Shown here: in pieces, positions 28,082 through 41,800 of the stretch
How positions within the stretch are numbered: position 1 is the stretch's first letter
Layout of the letters: every line of letters starts with the position of its first letter
Origin: the human T2T-CHM13v2.0 reference genome, Homo sapiens
Assembly (NCBI RefSeq): GCF_009914755.1
Contig: NC_060945.1
Length of the DNA: 64,000 nucleotides
Reading direction: 5' to 3' (one strand)
Made by a program: the position numbers and the translations under genes
Notes under the pieces: generated by a model
Database searches by the model: none
The model's input: the letters and a program-made list of their open reading frames with translations, nothing else
What the model was told of the DNA's origin: nothing

Positions 28082-29140
28082 TGTCTCTGGAGAGTGACTG
28101 TCAATTGGAGCCCTGCCTTTCTGGGGTTCTGGTCAGGGCGTTGTGGATGCTTAACATGTGCCTTTCACAGGACACTTCCTTACCCCAGCAGTGGCCAGGT
28201 GTGCATCCCACGACCAGGCCTCCCTCTCACAGAACATCTGTTGAGACTAGGAGATGCCTGGTGACTGTTGCCTGACCTGTGTCCTGTGTATTTCTGACAA
28301 GAGCCACTCTCAGAGACCCTGGCCAGGAGGAGAGTTAGGTTCCAGTGTAGGTCAGCTCAGACACATGGAGGCCACAGGACCAAACATGGGAAATCACAGA
28401 AGTGGTTTTATTACTCACAGATCCAGAGAGAAGAGGGTAGCTGAAAAGAGGGTTTAGCTGTGTCCCCAGCCAAATCTCATCTTGAATTCCCACATGTTGT
28501 GGGAGGGAACAGGTTGGAGGAAATTGAATCATGGGGGCAGGTCTTTCCCATGCTGTTCTTCTGATAGTGAATAAGTCTCACAAGATCTGATGGTTTTATA
28601 AAGGGGAGTTTCCCTGCACAAACTCTCTTGTCTTGTCTGCTGCCATGTGAGACGTGCCTTTCACCTTCTGCCATGATTGTGTGGCCTACCCAGACATGTG
28701 GAACTGTGCGTCTATTAAACCTCTTTCTTCTGGAAATTACCCAGTCTTGGGCATGTCTTTACCGGTGGTGTGAAAATGGACTAATACAGTAGCACACCTC
28801 ATACGGCTGAACAAAATGGGGAAGACGAGTGGGGAGCAAGAGAGAGAAAAGGGGTCTGTGGGACTCCAGCCTTTATTGGGCCCAGAACATTACCCAAATA
28901 TGTTTTCCTCGGGGCTCTAGTCAGTGGGGTGAGTGCCAGCAGGCATATTTCTTGGCTCCTGCTGCAACTGAGCAGGTCACTCTGGCGTTTGGGAGCTGTC
29001 CATGTGTGCTTTGAGGTCTGTGGAGTGAGTCAGGTAGGTTGTATCCAATGGTTCCATAGCTGGTAGTCACCAGGAGGAGGCAACTGTGTAGGGTCAATAT
29101 CTGGGCCAGCCACACTGAGGAACTGTGAGGAATTGTCAAG
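28082..29140. mobile_element. Old ERVL-class LTR-like sequence (MER54/LTR53-like?) interrupted by THE1
   Basis: GC-elevated block with 'gaccctggccaggaggagagttagg', recalled as similar to MER54-group LTRs. It resumes after the THE1 TSD. Family assignment is weak. Confidence 0.35.
28442..28788 (+). mobile_element. THE1 (THE1A/B/C-like) MaLR solo LTR
   Basis: TG...CA termini; 'ctgtgtccccagccaaatctcatcttgaattcccacatgttgtgggaggga...gtgaataagtctcacaagatctgatggttttataaagggg...gaaaatggactaataca'. Perfect 5-bp TSD GTAGC at 28437-28441 and 28789-28793. Confidence 0.93.
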
Positions 29141-31101
29141 GGAATCTCAACCCAGCTACCATATGAGAGAGTTCAACTTACGTTCAATGTGAATGCCATG
29201 GCAATATTAAAAGGTAAGAATTTGCTCCATACGTGCTTGAGGTAAATAGGAGAAACCTAGAATTTATGCAAACAGTAAGAAGTTTGGATGCATTTTCTGT
29301 CACATATTTTAATACTAGCAGCATATTATATATGTCAATCCATCAGGCATTCAGAAGTACATGCTCATGAAAATTTTTTGCACCATCAGACAAAAGACAA
29401 GGGTAGAAAACAATTTTAACCCTATAAACACTAGTAAATTAAAAACAGAAGGACATTTATGTCCTAATATATCTATGTTGTGAAAGGCTACCCTGTGAAA
29501 TACGGGAATTCTTAAGCATATTTTAAAAATCATAGGTGTCAATATTTTTTAGAAATCCATTTAAATTTTCTCTTGCTACTTTACAATGCCTATTTATTTA
29601 TTTAGTGGTTTTGCTGATTTTGATGTATATCCTAAACTTTACATTTTCTTTAAAGTATGTTTTATACTACTTTATGTAAAATGTTTCAGTATCTTCACAT
29701 TCTCTCCCTGTCCTTTTGTTTTGCTCCTATATGGTGGCCTTGAGTCTTTCCTCTGGCTTTTCAAACCTAGTAAGACTAAGACACTAAAATAACTTTGCCC
29801 GTGGTTTGGTAATGCCTTCTAAAGCACGTCCTAAGCTCTCGTGCATACAGGGGTCTCCTTTGAGCTCTATGCTTTTGAGATCTCATATACCTAAATTCCA
29901 GTACTCCAAATCAGTACTGCTCAGTTTTAGTTACTAAGTTTAAAAATGTATTTTAATAGCAAGTTAGTTTAGTGCACTCTTACTTCTTTCTTTGCTGCTG
30001 GTATACGTGTATATTCCCTTAAATGAATCTTGGAATTTATTTAAAAATTTTAAATTATACTAATGAAACTGTATATTGTTGTGGATTCATAGGTGATTTT
30101 GGAAAGAATTTGTCTTTATGATACTAAATCCTTTTTATCCAAGAATCATATGGGCCTTTATTTTTATTCCAGTCTATATTTATATCACTGAGTAAATATA
30201 GAGAAATGTAGATACATACAGCTGTAGTCATAGATAGATACAAATATAGATATAACATGTTAAATCTATATCTATTGCATATAACATGTATACATGTTAT
30301 ATGTGTGTGTATATATATATGTTTGTGTTATTAAAGAGCTCCCTTAAAATTTTTCTTTTATTTCCTACATAATTTTAGGTTGAGCTTGAATTTTCCTTTT
30401 ATAAACAAGCAAATATTTATACTGGTTTTAATACTGAGGTTTAGACATTCTATCTTATTTTAGCATTGAATATTTTCACAATTATTGTATTATCTAATAA
30501 TAATGTAACTGTTAAAAATATTTAAAATTTTACCTTTGAATTATTTTATTTTGAATTTAAATTCCTTTAAGTATGATAGTAAATTTCTATTTTATGCTTT
30601 CTCTATGAATATGCAAATTAATCTATCCATTTCTCTATCTCTATGTAGTAACATATGAAAATCAAGCCTCTCTTCTTCTAATAGACATATACACGTTTGC
30701 ATATAGAATATCAGATTCTTTATAGCATTTAAAATCTTTAAAGACACGAATATTACCTTTTAACAAATATATTTTAGCATGTACTGAGAATCCCCTATTT
30801 ATTGTTTATTTGGAGTAATCAATATGATTATTAATATTATTGGATCACCAAATTTGGAATCACACTTTCATCCTCAAGGTAGATATTTGTTTTTTTTTTT
30901 TTTTTTTGCCAATTTCTTGTCTTACTGTTTCAAATACTGTTGGATATTATTTTTATTTTATTTGGCATTTTAGTATCAATATTTGTAAGTGATGTACTCT
31001 ACATATTTTTTCTTCAATATCTGGTAGGTTTTATAATTACTACTATATTGGATTTGTGGTAGACATTGACAAAAATTATTTCTGTATGTTTTATAGCTGT
31101 A

Positions 31102-31645
31102 TGAAGGAATCCAATATATTTTACCCCAAAATGTATTTCCGTGATATATATCAAAATGGCTATTCAGAAGGGCTGGAAATGCAAACTTAGCTGCAAAACT
31201 GTCTTGGGGAGATTTGCATCTGTAGAGAATCTACTTTGATGCAGCCAGGCTTTCTCTGAGGTCTGCTAATTTGCCTGGATCTAGGAAAGGTTAACTGAGC
31301 GTCTGAGGTCTCCAAAGGTCTGAAAGAAACATTTTCTCTCTATTCTCTCTGAGGACTGCTCCCAGTGAGGTTTCACCTACGTAATAAGTCCACTGTTGCT
31401 AGTCAGAGTCCTTTTCTCACATAATCTTTTTTTTTTCCTGTGATCCAAGACCCCATTCTTTCTGTAAACTTCGTGTGGTAGACAAGCTTCTGCACCCATC
31501 TTGTGTGTGGGTCTTCATTCTAAGGGCTCCAGTGTACACACATTGCCGAAACCTGTATGCCTTTTCTACTATTTATCTGCCTCCTATTAGTGATTTTCAG
31601 GGAAACTTCAGAAGGCAAAAGGGACATTCTCCTTTAGCCTATACT
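31102..31645 (+). mobile_element. ERV1 solo LTR, MER39/MER34 group
   Basis: 'tgaaggaatccaatatattttaccccaaaat...aaaatggctattcagaagggctggaaat...ggggagatttgcatctgtagagaatc...ggaaacttcagaaggcaaaaggg'. Confidence 0.75.
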
Positions 31646-31828
31646 CAGACAAAATCCCCCAACATTTAACTGATTCCTAATAGCTTAAAATCACTTTGAA
31701 AAATCCATATATTTATAACCTTTTCTTCCCTCTATGATTTCTGGTCAGCTTGGGTTTTGTTTTTTATACCATTTACTTCATCCTCGAAAAGATCTATTTT
31801 ATGTCTATTTATTCTCATTTATTGACAT

Positions 31829-32281
31829 TGAGAAAAGAAAATAACTTTCATGTGAGAAAAGCAAGTCCTTTGAAATAATCAGGCCCAGAGAGTTATTCAA
31901 ATGAGACAGCAGTTCTGTCCTGCTCCTCTTTGAGCTGTGTGTTCATCTAGGCTGCTTGCTGTTGCCACAGTAGCTATAAATTAATCAATAATGCCACACC
32001 AGACACTACAATCCACACCCAATAATAGTGTAACAGTGTATAGCCAGTCACTAATAAATGTGATTTCCATAAGCCAATGATAATTTGTGACAAACCTCTT
32101 TGCATCATCCCACTTCTTATCCCTTTTTTGCCTTTAAGAAACTGCTTGTTGCAAAGCTCCAAATGGAGTTCATATCCAAGGATACTTGGGTCTGTTTCTT
32201 CCAGGCAGCTGTCCTCATTTTGGCTCAAGTAAACTCTTTGAATTACGTTTCGTGCTTCAGCCCCTTCCACTTAGATTAACA
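31829..32281 (+). mobile_element. ERV1-type solo LTR (MER72/LTR47-like)
   Basis: TG...CA termini ('tgagaaaagaaaataacttt...ttagattaaca') with 4-bp TSD ACAT at 31825-31828 and 32282-32285. PolyA-like 'agtaaactc' near the 3' end. Confidence 0.75.
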
Positions 32282-32396
32282 ACATGGATTTGTGTCACCA
32301 TGTACAGCAATTAAAATGTTTACGCTTTTCCCCTCGAGGGCACTGATGTGTTTTCCTGAGCACTTGGAATAGCTACATAGTGTTTACTTTCTATAT

Positions 32397-32588
32397 TACG
32401 GTTTCTCAACCTTGGTGTACTTACCTTTAGGACCAGAGGATTCTTTGCTGTGGGAGGCTGCCCTAGCAATGCTAGGTGTTTCGTTTGACCTCTAAATTTC
32501 ACACCTCCACCAGTCTTGACATCCCCACAATAACCCTAGTCATTGACAAATGTCTCCTGGGGAAAACTCTCCACCGGTTGACAGCTCA
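32397..32588. mobile_element. MER20 hAT DNA transposon (degenerate)
   Basis: 'ggtttctcaaccttgg...attctttgctgtgggaggctgccct...cattgacaaatgtctcctgggg..ccggttgacagc' matches the recalled MER20 layout. Confidence 0.75.
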
Positions 32589-33591
32589 AAGTTCTTGAAA
32601 TATTGGAATTGTCAATTGAGTTTTTATGTTATCCAAAACAAATATTTTTCTTTGTTTTTAAACATCTACTTCCATCTGCTTATCTACTTATTTTTACTTT
32701 TATTTGTAACTTAATTCCATCAAGGAGAGAGAGTGCATTTTCTGTTATGGTAAATTTTTGAAGAATGCATTGATTTTTTATGACCTGATATATGGATGAT
32801 ATGTAGATATTACATGTTTGTATTATCAAATTTCAGGGTGATAATAAAATAAATACTTATTTATATTGTCACTTTATATTAGTTATTTTCTTTCTTCACT
32901 ACAGGAGTTTTTCAACCTGTAGGCTATTTTTCAATTCTAGGTTATCCAGTAGATTTTGAAATGTTAAGATTAAATATCTACTTCTCAAGCATTCATCTTT
33001 GCAAATGAATCAATCCCAAGCTCTTATAATGCACATCATATAAAGGGCAGATTAGTCAATATATGGTTCAGAATTAGTTATGTAACATCTATAAGAAAAC
33101 TAGAAATTTAGATCCTTAACTCAGATAACAATAATCCAAATTAAAATTTGATTTCATTACATAATTTAAAATGACACCAGAATACTAGTAAAAATGTAGA
33201 TAAGTTTATATAATCCTTTTTAGCTGTAGGACTTTATTATCATAAATTCAAATACAGGAGCCAAAGTAAGATTGAGACCTATAGTCAAGGGTTAAAGTGT
33301 ACACATTATAGGGGCATGATTAATCTAATTTAAAGCATAACATGGAGAAATATTGCAAAACATACATGTTACTGTATTAATTGTTAATATGTAATCATTA
33401 AGTGAGAACAAAGGTAAAGAGTAGCTACACACACACACACACAAAGTGCAATATTGTCAAATATATGTGATGTTCAGCTACACTAGAAATCACACCTGTG
33501 TTTTCTCCACAGAAGTTTAAAGATTAAAAATCACAATAATATTTATTGTACATATGCAGATAAAGATACTCAAAATATTACCCTAAAATAC

Positions 33592-33875
<284 letters not shown>

Positions 33876-34285
33876 AGCTTTTTGACGTATTTCAAGATGG
33901 CTACTCGGAAGACTGGAAATAGCTTCTTCTACAAGAATAGCTGAAAAGTTGTGTTTGTTGGGGAGATTTGCATTTGTAGAGAAAATCTGCATTGATATAG
34001 ACAGGCTTTCCCTGAGATACTCCCTTGTCTGTGTTTACGAAAGATTAACTGAGTCTGGCACGTTTACATTTCTAAAAACCATTTCTTATCTACACTTCCC
34101 AAGAGGAGGGCTGCTCTCTGTGAGGTTTCATCCATGTAACAAGACTTCCTCTGCTGCCAGGCTCCTCTGTCTTCCTTGTCGTCACTTGTCTTCCGCAAAG
34201 ACTGATTGACCAACCTACAGGTCTGTGTTTTCTGTAACCTCAAGACAGCATAGGCGTGTTGACTACCTTGCCATTCCTGGAGTTT

Positions 34286-34390
34286 TTATATATATAGTAT
34301 ATATTTGTATATCTATTTATAATATACAAATATTTGTATATATATTTATAATATACAAATATTTGTATATATATTTATATATATATTATG
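34286..34390. repeat. AT-rich microsatellite with a tandem 29-bp unit containing a 20-bp palindrome
   Basis: ATATACAAATATTTGTATAT (self-complementary) at 34322-34341 and 34351-34370. Confidence 0.85.
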
Positions 34391-35840
34391 TAAACTCCAA
34401 GTGCATACTTGTGCACGTATCTGTAAACCTTTTTTTCCTGTTGATTTGAACATTATCTGTTTGTTTTATAGACTGAAATAATTAAAGCTTCAAGGGAAAA
34501 ATTTAAACTTTCCTATAGAGAAAAGACAAATATGTAGGTGACAAATAATATTTAGAGTGTAAGACGCTTTTTAAAGGTATATTTGTAATTTGTGTCAAAA
34601 CATTTAAATATACATTTGTTGCTTTAACTATAAAATTTCAAATAATTTAAGCTAAATATATAGTATATGCAGAAAATTTAGCAATATTTGTATGTAGCAC
34701 CTTACTGTGCATTACTGTAACCAGCTGTCTAATATAAAGAACTAATTAAGGTAACACCTACTTTTCAAATATCTCATTTTTTTCACAGACCTATTAAATA
34801 AGACAAATAACATATAAACTTTGTTTTTAAATTTACAGAATAGTAGTTTTCAGAAGATGATTTATTTTAGCAAATTCCATCTTCACATTGTGCTATGCTT
34901 TTATGAGTTCCACCTGTTAAAGAATAATATTTTACTGCTGAATCTATCATGTGTGATATAATTGCTCATTATGTGCCTTAAAACACAAGCAATATAGTTA
35001 TTTTCATCTTGCAGCAAATTAAAATCTTATCAGCCATTTAAAAACTCTAGAGTTGTCTTCTGGTTAATTATTTTAAACGTATTTTTCTCTCTATGTTTTT
35101 AATGAGTTGTCTTATCAAGGAGAAGAACTCAAGCTGATTATTCTTTTTTTTCTCTTCCATCCACCTCGCAGGTGCGTTAATAATTTCATTTCCCAGAAAA
35201 TGTTCTTTCATATCCATCTTACAAGATGAGAGAGCTTTTAAAATCTTCCATTCGGATGTGATAGGAGTAATGGAAAATATTCCAGCTTCATGAATATGGT
35301 GATACAAATAGTTATCCGTCTAACCTCTTTCAGTGCCAAATGTATACTTTAGTCAGCGAATTACTCAGTTGACAGGTAATTTCTTCTGAAATCACTAATG
35401 AGAGGATCAGAGGTCTGGCTCTTGTCTGTACCGCATGTGACTCCCAGTGCAGACAATTGTTTCTATGGAGCACAGACAGTTGAAAGGATTGACTTCCTGC
35501 CTAGAATAGTTTCTGCTGTGCTTCTTATCCTTCTTGTGGAGATTTCAGATTATCTGAATTGCTTTTCTATCTTAAGAAAAAACTCAACAATTCTCCCACC
35601 TGAGAGGAATGTAAACTGTAGTAAGTTAGCAGAACCAATCCGTAAAGTTTTACATTGTTTTTTTGTAAAATGCAGCTTTGGTGTCTCCATCACTAACCTT
35701 TTCTATCCCTCATTGCTCTTTCTTTGACTGCAATAGGATACCTCTAGGCAAATCTGTATTCCCGAGACAGAGTGCCGTTTTGGTTAGCTATAAGTACACT
35801 CAATGGTAGGCGGAAATACTAGTTTTTATCTACGGCGAAA

Positions 35841-38800
35841 TTCCATTCCACTACACTCCACTCCACTCCACTCCACTCCACGCTATTCAGTTCCATTCCA
35901 CTCCATTCCATTCCACTTCATTCCACTCCACTGCACTCCACTTCACCGCATTCCATTCCATTCCACTTCACTCCATTCCACTCCACTCCACTCCATTCCA
36001 CTCCAATACACTCCATTCCACTCCATTCCATTCCATTCCGTTCCATTCCATTCCATTCCACTCCACTCAATTCCATTCCACTCCATTCCACTCCACTCCA
36101 ATCCACTCCACTCCACTCCACTCCATTGCATTCCATTCCATTCTAAATCCATTCCATTACATTCCATAATAAATCCGCTCCATTCCCTTCCTTTCTTTCG
36201 ACAGGATTTCACTCTGTCACTCAGGCTGGAGTGCAGTGCACAATCTCAGTTCACATTTCTTTTCACCATTCCATTCCATGCCATTGTATTCCATTCTATT
36301 CCACTCCACTCCGTACAATTCCATTCCTCCCCATTACATTCCACTCCACTACCTTCCACTCCACTCCTCTCCACTCCATTCAATTCCATTCTACCCCATT
36401 CCATTCCACTTCATTCCACTCCATTCCACTCCACTTCACCGCATTCCAATCGATTCCATTCGATACCATTCCATTCCATTCCATTCCATTCCATTCCATT
36501 TGATTCCACTTGATTTCATTTACATTCCATTTCACTCCATTCCATTCCACTCCATTCCACTCCACTTCATTCCACTCCACTCCATTCCACTCCATTCCAC
36601 TGCACTCCAATCCACTCCACTCAACTTCAATCAACTCCACTCCATTCCATTCCACTCCATTCTACACCTTTCCACTATACTCCATTCCATTCCATCCCAT
36701 TCCTTTCCACTCCATTCCACTCCACTCCACTACACCCCACTCCACTCCACTGCACTCCATTCCATTCCATTCCATAAGAATCCATACCACACCATTCCAC
36801 TCCACTCCACTCCACTCCATGATAATCCACTCTACTCCACTCCATTCCATTCCATTCCATTCCATTCCATTTTAAATCCATTCAATTCCATTCCATTCCA
36901 TTTTAAATCCATTCAATTCCATTCCTTTCTTTTGACAGGATCTCACTAGGTCACCCAGGCTGGAGTGCAGTGCACAATCTCAGCTCACATTTCATTTCAC
37001 CATTCCATTCCATTCCATTCCATTCCATTCCATTCCATTCCATTGCATTCCATTCCGCTTCACTCCACTCCACTCTGTTCCATTCCATTCCTTCCCTTTC
37101 CATTCCACTCCACTCCGTTCCATTCCATTCCTTCCCTTTCCATTCCACTCCACTCCATTCCACTCCACTCCATTGAATTCGATTCCACCCCATTCCATTC
37201 CACTCCATTCCACTCCACTCCACACCATTTCACCGCATTCCATTCCATTCCACTCCATTCCATTCCATTCCATTTGATTCCTTTCGATTCCATTCCAATT
37301 CATTCCATTCCATTCCACTCCACTCCACTCCACTCCACTCCATTTAATTCCATTCCACTCCATTCCATTCCACACCATTCCACTCCACTCCACAACATTT
37401 CACCGCATTCCGTTCCATTCCACTCCTTTCCATTCCATTCCATTTGATTCCTTTCGATTCCATTCCAATTCATTCCATTCCATTCCACTCCACTCCACTC
37501 CATTGAACTGCACTCCATTCCACTCCACCCATTCCATTCCATTCCACTCCATTCCACTCCACTCCAGTCCATTCCACTCTATTACACTCCACTCAATTCC
37601 ACTCCATTCCACTGCACTCAATTACATTCCACTCCACCCCATACCATTCCACTCCAGTCCATTCCACTCCACTCCAGTCCATTCCAATCCACTCCATTTC
37701 ATTCCACTCCACTCCATTCCACTCCACTCCACTCCTCTCCACTCCACTCCACTCCATTCCATTCCATCCCACTCCATTCCAGTCCTCTCCATTCCACTGC
37801 ACTCCACTCCACTCCACGCCACTCCACTCCACTCCATTCCATTCTAAATCCATTCCTTTCCATTCCTTTCTTTTGACAGGGTCTCAGTCTATCACCCAGG
37901 CTGCACTGAGGTGCACAATCTCAGTTCATATTTCATTTCCCCATTCCATTCCATTCCATTCCATTCCATTCCATTCCATTCCATTCCATTCTATTCCAAT
38001 GCATTCCATTCCATTCCATTGCATTCCATTCCACTCCACTCCACCCCACTCCAGTCAATTCCATTCCTTCCCATTCCATTCGATTTGATTCCATTCCACT
38101 CCACTCCACTCCATTGAATTCCATTCCACCCCATTCCATTCCACTCCATTCCACTGCACTCCAATCCACTCCACTCAACTTCAATCCACTCCACTCAACT
38201 CCAGTCCACTGCACTCCATTCCATTCCACTCCATTCTACACCTTTCCACTCCACTCCATTCCATCCCATCCCATTCCATTCCACTCCATTCCACTCCACT
38301 CCACTACACCCCACTCCACTCCACTGCACTCCATTCCATTCCATTCCATAAGAATCCATACCACACCATTCCACTCCACTCCACTCCACTCCACTCCATG
38401 ATAATCCACTCTACTCCACTCCATTCCATTCCATTCCATTTTAAATCCATTCAATTCCATTCCTTTCTTTTGACAGGATCTCACTAGGTCACCCAGGCTG
38501 CAGTGCAGTGCACAATCTCAGCTCACATTTCATTTCACCATTCCATTCCATTCCATTCCATTGCATTCCATTCCACTCCACCCCACCCCACTCCAGTCAA
38601 TTCCATTCCTTCCCATTCCATTCGATTTGATTCCATTCCACTACACTCCACTCCATTGAATTCCATTCCACCCCATTCCATTCCACTCCATTCCACTGTA
38701 CTCCAATCCACTCCACTCAACTTCAATCCACTCCACTCAACTCCAGTCCACTGCACTCCATTCCATTCCACTCCATTCTACACCTTTCCACTCCACTCCA

Positions 38801-41800
38801 TTCCATTCCATCCCATTCCATTCCACTCCATTCCACTCCACTCCACTACACCCCACTCCACTCCACTGCACTCCATTCCATTCCATTCCATAAGAATCCA
38901 TACCACACCATTCTATTCCACTCCACTCCACTCCACTCCATGATAATCCACTCTAATCCACTCCACTCCATTCCAGTCCATTCCATTTTAAATCCATTCA
39001 ATTCCATTCCTTTCTTTTGACAGGATCTCACTAGGTCACCCAGGCTGCAGTGCAGTGCACAATCTCAGCTCACATTTCATTTCACCATTCCATTCCATTC
39101 CATTCCATTCCATTCCATTCCATTCCATTCCATTCCGCTTCACTCCACTCCACTCCACTCCGTTCCATTCCACTCCACTCCACTCCGTTCCATTCCATTC
39201 CTTCCCTTTCCATTCCACTCCACTCCATTCCACTCCACTCCATTGAATTCGATTCCACCCCATTCCATTCCACTTCATTCCACTCCACTCCACACCATTT
39301 CACCACATTCCATTCCATTCCATTTGATTCCTTTTGATTCCATTCCAATTCATTCCATTCCATTCCACTCCACTCCACTCCACTCAATTCCATTCCACCC
39401 CATTCCATTGCACACCATTCCACTCCACTCCACATTTCACCGCATTCCGTTCCATTCCACTCCATTCCATTCCATTCCATTTGATTCCTTTCGATTCCAT
39501 TCCAATTCATTCCATTCCATTCCACTCCACTCCACTCCATTGAACTGCACTCCATTCCACTCCACTCCACCCCATTCCATTCCATTCCACTCCATTCCAC
39601 TCCACTTCAGTCCATTCCACTCCATTCCACTCCACTCAATTCCACTCCATTCCACTGCACTCAATTACATTCCACTCCACCCCATACCATTCCATTCCAG
39701 TCCATTCCATTCCATTCCACTCCAGTCCATTCCACTCCACTCCAGTCCATTCCAATCCACTCCATTTCATTCCACTCCACTCCATTCCATTCCACTCCAC
39801 TTCACTCCACTCCACTCCATTCCACTCCACTCCACTCCAGTGTTCTCCATTCCACTGCAGTCCACTCCATTCCACTCTGTTCCATTCCACTGCACTCAAC
39901 TCCCCTCCACTCCACTCCAATCCACTATATTCCATTCTATTCCATTCTACACCTTTCCACTCCATTCCACTCCACTCAAAACCATTCCATCCCATTCCAT
40001 TCCTCTCCATTCCACTCCAATCCACTCCACTCCACTCCACTCCACTCTATTCCATTCCATTCCATAACAATCCATACCACTCAATTCCACTCCACTCCAC
40101 TCCACTCCACGCCACTGCACTCCACTCCACTCAATTCCATTCCATTCCATTGTAAATCCATTCCATTCCACTCCTTTCTTTTGATGGGATCTCACTCTGT
40201 CACCCAGGCTGGAGTTCAGTGCACAATCTTAGCTAACATTTCATGTCACCATTCCATTCCATTCCATTCCATTCCTTTCGATTCCATTCCATTTCATTCC
40301 ATTCCATTCCATTCCACTCCACTCCACCCCACTACACTCCATTCCACTCTATTCCTCTACACTCCATTCCACTACACTCCACTCAACTCCACTCCACTCC
40401 AGTCAACTCCATTCCATTCCATTCCATTCTATAAATTTCCACTCCTCTCCACTCCATTCCATTCCATCCCATTCCATTCCACTCCATTCCAGTCCACTCC
40501 ATTCCACCCCACTCCAATACACTCCACTCCATTACATTCCGTTCCATAACAATCCATACCACTCCATTCCACTGCACTCCACTCCACTCCACGCCACTTC
40601 ATTCCACTCCATTCCATTACATTCCATTCTAAATCCATTCCATTCCAATCCTTTCTTTCAACAGGATCTCACTCTATCAACCAGGCTGCACTGCACTGCA
40701 CAATCTAAGCTCACATTTCATTTCACCATTCCATTCCATTCCATTGCATTCTATTCCATTCCAATGCATTCCATTCCATTCCACTCCACTCCACTACACT
40801 CCATTCAATTCCATGCCTTCCGATTCCATTCCATTCAATTCCATTCCACTCCACTCCACTCCATTGAATTCCATTCCACCCCATTCCATTCCACTCCATT
40901 CCACTTCAGCACATTCCATTCGATTCCATTCAATGCCATTTGTTTCCATTCGATTCAATTCCATACAATTCCATTCGATTCCATTTTTTCCTTTTGATTC
41001 CGTTTGATTCCATTCGATTCCATTCGATTCGATTCCATTCGGTTCGATTTGATTTGATTCGATTCCATTCGATTCCATACGATTCCATTCCGTTCCATTC
41101 CGCTCCACTCCATTCCACTCCACTCCATTGCACTCCACTCCATTCCACCTCATACCATTCCACTTCATTCCATTCCATTCCATTTCATTCCATTGCATTC
41201 TAAATCCATTCCATTCCATTCCTTTCTTTTGACAGGATCTCACTCTCTCACCCAAGCTGGAGTGCAGTGCACAATCTCAGCTCACATTTCAATTCACCAT
41301 TCCATGCCATTCTATTCCATTTCATTCCATTCCATTCCATTCCACTCCATTGCATTCCATTCCTTTCCACTCCACTCCACTTCACTCCATTCCACTCCAC
41401 TCCATTCCCTTTCATTCCAATCCACTCCACTCCATTCCACTCCATTTCACTAAACTCCACTCCACTCCATTCCACTCCACTCCACTCCATTCCATTCCAT
41501 TCTACACCTTTCCACTTCACTCCACTCCACTCCACTCCATTCCATTCCACTCCACTCCACTCCATTCCACTCCACTCCACCCCACAGCACTCCACTTCAC
41601 TCCATTGCATTCCATTCCATAACAATCCATACCATTCTGCTCCACTCCACTCCACTCCCAGCCACTTCACTCCACTTCATTCCATTACATTCCATTGTAA
41701 ATCTATTCCATTCCATTCCTTTTTTTATGAAAGGATCTCACTCTGTCACCCAGGTTGGAGTGCAGTGCACAGTCTCAGCTCACATATCATTTCACTATTC

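Noticed and set aside
30244-30271. 28-bp imperfect palindrome atatagatataacatgttaaatctatat
   Set aside because: Expected by chance in AT/TA-rich low-complexity sequence.
35140-35300. Plus-strand acceptor-like 'ttttctcttccatccacctcgcag|G' as a pseudogene exon
   Set aside because: No convincing donor and no recognisable peptide in any frame, so a single motif is not enough.
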